56,857 nucleotides of DNA from IMG/VR virus record IMGVR_UViG_3300037419_002757, positions 1 to 56,857 of that record; one strand, given 5' to 3'. This document shows positions 55,605 to 56,857 of the stretch, one piece after another (position 1 is the first letter of the stretch; every line of letters starts with the position of its first letter). The notes under the pieces are model-generated. The model ran no database searches. It was not told the origin of the DNA and saw only the letters and a program-made list of their open reading frames with translations. Both the position numbers and the translations under genes were made by a program. The DNA is from a virus. Lineage: Duplodnaviria; Caudoviricetes.

Positions 55605-56039
55605 ATGGCCGACACGTACAAGCACCTCTACACGATGCCCCGAGAGGGGGATCTCTTCGTCAAGGTCATCGGCTCGGGCGACCGGGTCGAAGCCTACTTC
55701 GCCCACGCCGACGTCGAGTGCACCTACGACCGCCGGACCGGGAAGGTCGAGACGTGGTTCTTCACGCTCTTGTGGGGCGTGCGGAACTACCGGCGGTTCG
55801 GCGCCGGCGAGGGCTGGAACACGCTCTCGGACTGGCAGCCCTACGACCCGGCGGTCCACGGCGACCTGCCGTCCGCGCCGCGCGAGACGAGCAACACCCA
55901 CATGACCGCGCTGGAGGCCCGCCTCGCGGCGCTGGAGGCGCAGGTCGCCACGTTCCTGACGACCTCCGAGCCGGAGCCCGCAGCGGCCCCGCCGTCAAGC
56001 GAGAAGCCCCTCGTGCCGCTCCGCCGGCAGCGGGGGTAG
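55605..56039 (+). CDS. Hypothetical protein (moron)
   Basis: AGGAG RBS; short C-terminal coiled coil. Confidence 0.7.
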   Translation: MADTYKHLYTMPREGDLFVKVIGSGDRVEAYFAHADVECTYDRRTGKVETWFFTLLWGVRNYRRFGAGEGWNTLSDWQPYDPAVHGDLPSAPRETSNTHMTALEARLAALEAQVATFLTTSEPEPAAAPPSSEKPLVPLRRQRG

Positions 56040-56042
56040 CCC

Positions 56043-56465
56043 GTGCCCCCGTACGCGCCGCTGCTCGCGCACCTCGTCGGGGACTACGTCCTCCAGTCGC
56101 ACGTCATGGCAACGCGCAAGACGTCGTCGTGGATGTGGGCGCTCATCCACGCCTTCTTCTACACGTTGCCGTTCCTGCTGCTCACGCACTCGCCGGTCGC
56201 GCTCCTCGTCATCGGGGGCACGCACGCCGTCATCGACCGGCTCCGCCTCGCAGCGAAGTGGTGCGCCTGGTACGGCGTCGGGTTTCCGGGGATCTGGTGG
56301 CACGCGCTGGCCGTCTACGAGGACCATCCGGTGTTCGGGACGCGTCGGATCGCAGAGCCGCCGACGTTCAAGGCCCCGCCCGACTTCCTCGCCGTCTGGC
56401 TCGTCATCCTCGTGGACAACACGCTCCACCTGTGCATCAACGCCGCCGCACTGGCGTGGGGGTAG
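56043..56465 (+). CDS. DUF3307-like membrane protein
   Basis: H..GDY.LQ...MA..K, H...Y, H..ID, DN..H motifs. Confidence 0.75.
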   Translation: MPPYAPLLAHLVGDYVLQSHVMATRKTSSWMWALIHAFFYTLPFLLLTHSPVALLVIGGTHAVIDRLRLAAKWCAWYGVGFPGIWWHALAVYEDHPVFGTRRIAEPPTFKAPPDFLAVWLVILVDNTLHLCINAAALAWG

Positions 56466-56468
56466 CCC

Positions 56469-56857
56469 GTGCCGAATCTGGAGTTCCCGCTTCCCGTCGT
56501 CGAGTCCGGCAAGGTGTACGTGCCGGGCACGCTCGCGCGGGAGATCCGGAACCTCCAGCGGACGAACCAGGACACGCTCCGGTCCGTCCGCGGGCCGGCG
56601 CCGCTCGTGCCGGACTACGGCTCGGGCTACCCGTCGCAGTACGACCACATGTTCGGCGTCGTCCACGCCCGGCTCGCCCGCGGCGGGACGCGGGACTGTC
56701 TGCTCGTGCGGACGGGGGACAAGCTCATCGAGCAGCGCGGGTGGAGCCGCGACTTCCGGACGCTCCGGACGGGGCTGTCCCCCGACGTCAACGGGCGCTA
56801 CCCCGACCAGTTCTGCGTCGTCAACGGGCGCATCGTGTGGACGAACGGCATCGACCG
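56469..56857 (+). CDS. Tail nozzle protein, 5' part (continues at position 1)
   Basis: GTG CCG AAT CTG... is open to the window end and in frame with 105..1775. Confidence 0.75.
   Translation, partial: MPNLEFPLPVVESGKVYVPGTLAREIRNLQRTNQDTLRSVRGPAPLVPDYGSGYPSQYDHMFGVVHARLARGGTRDCLLVRTGDKLIEQRGWSRDFRTLRTGLSPDVNGRYPDQFCVVNGRIVWTNGID
56731..56857. repeat. Terminal direct repeat, right copy
   Basis: Identical to 1-127. Confidence 0.97.

Overview
This window is an apparently complete, circularly assembled genome (56,730 bp unique plus a 127-bp end overlap) of a high-GC tailed dsDNA phage with podovirus-like organisation. I see no integrase, RNA polymerase, tape measure, tRNA or CRISPR array. Two arms diverge from a ~1.3-kb non-coding region (about 42950-44300). 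The + strand late arm runs 44303 through the end and on to 19786: HNH-HTH protein, TerS, TerL, portal, scaffold, major capsid, decoration protein, adaptor, nozzle, internal virion proteins, fibres, amidase and holin. The - strand arm runs 42865 down to 19789: small acidic early proteins, primase-VirE helicase, Cas4-like nuclease, SF2 helicase, SSB, family-A DNA polymerase, MazG-like protein and C5 methyltransferase, with one RuvC-like gene inverted inside it. The main observations are: (1) a ~490-bp nested imperfect palindrome centred on TATA-A-TATA at 43968, next to short repeats, with no protelomerase in the genome; (2) small self-promoted moron genes alternating with structural genes, one of them a Tad1-like anti-defence sponge, four of them followed by GTAGACTYCCGACG; (3) a two-frame overlapping, permuted C5 methyltransferase with four WPT-type repeats; (4) an ART domain inside a 2087-aa virion protein; (5) a probable ATC start codon and a frameshifted early gene. 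All family calls come from motif recognition by eye, not from searches.
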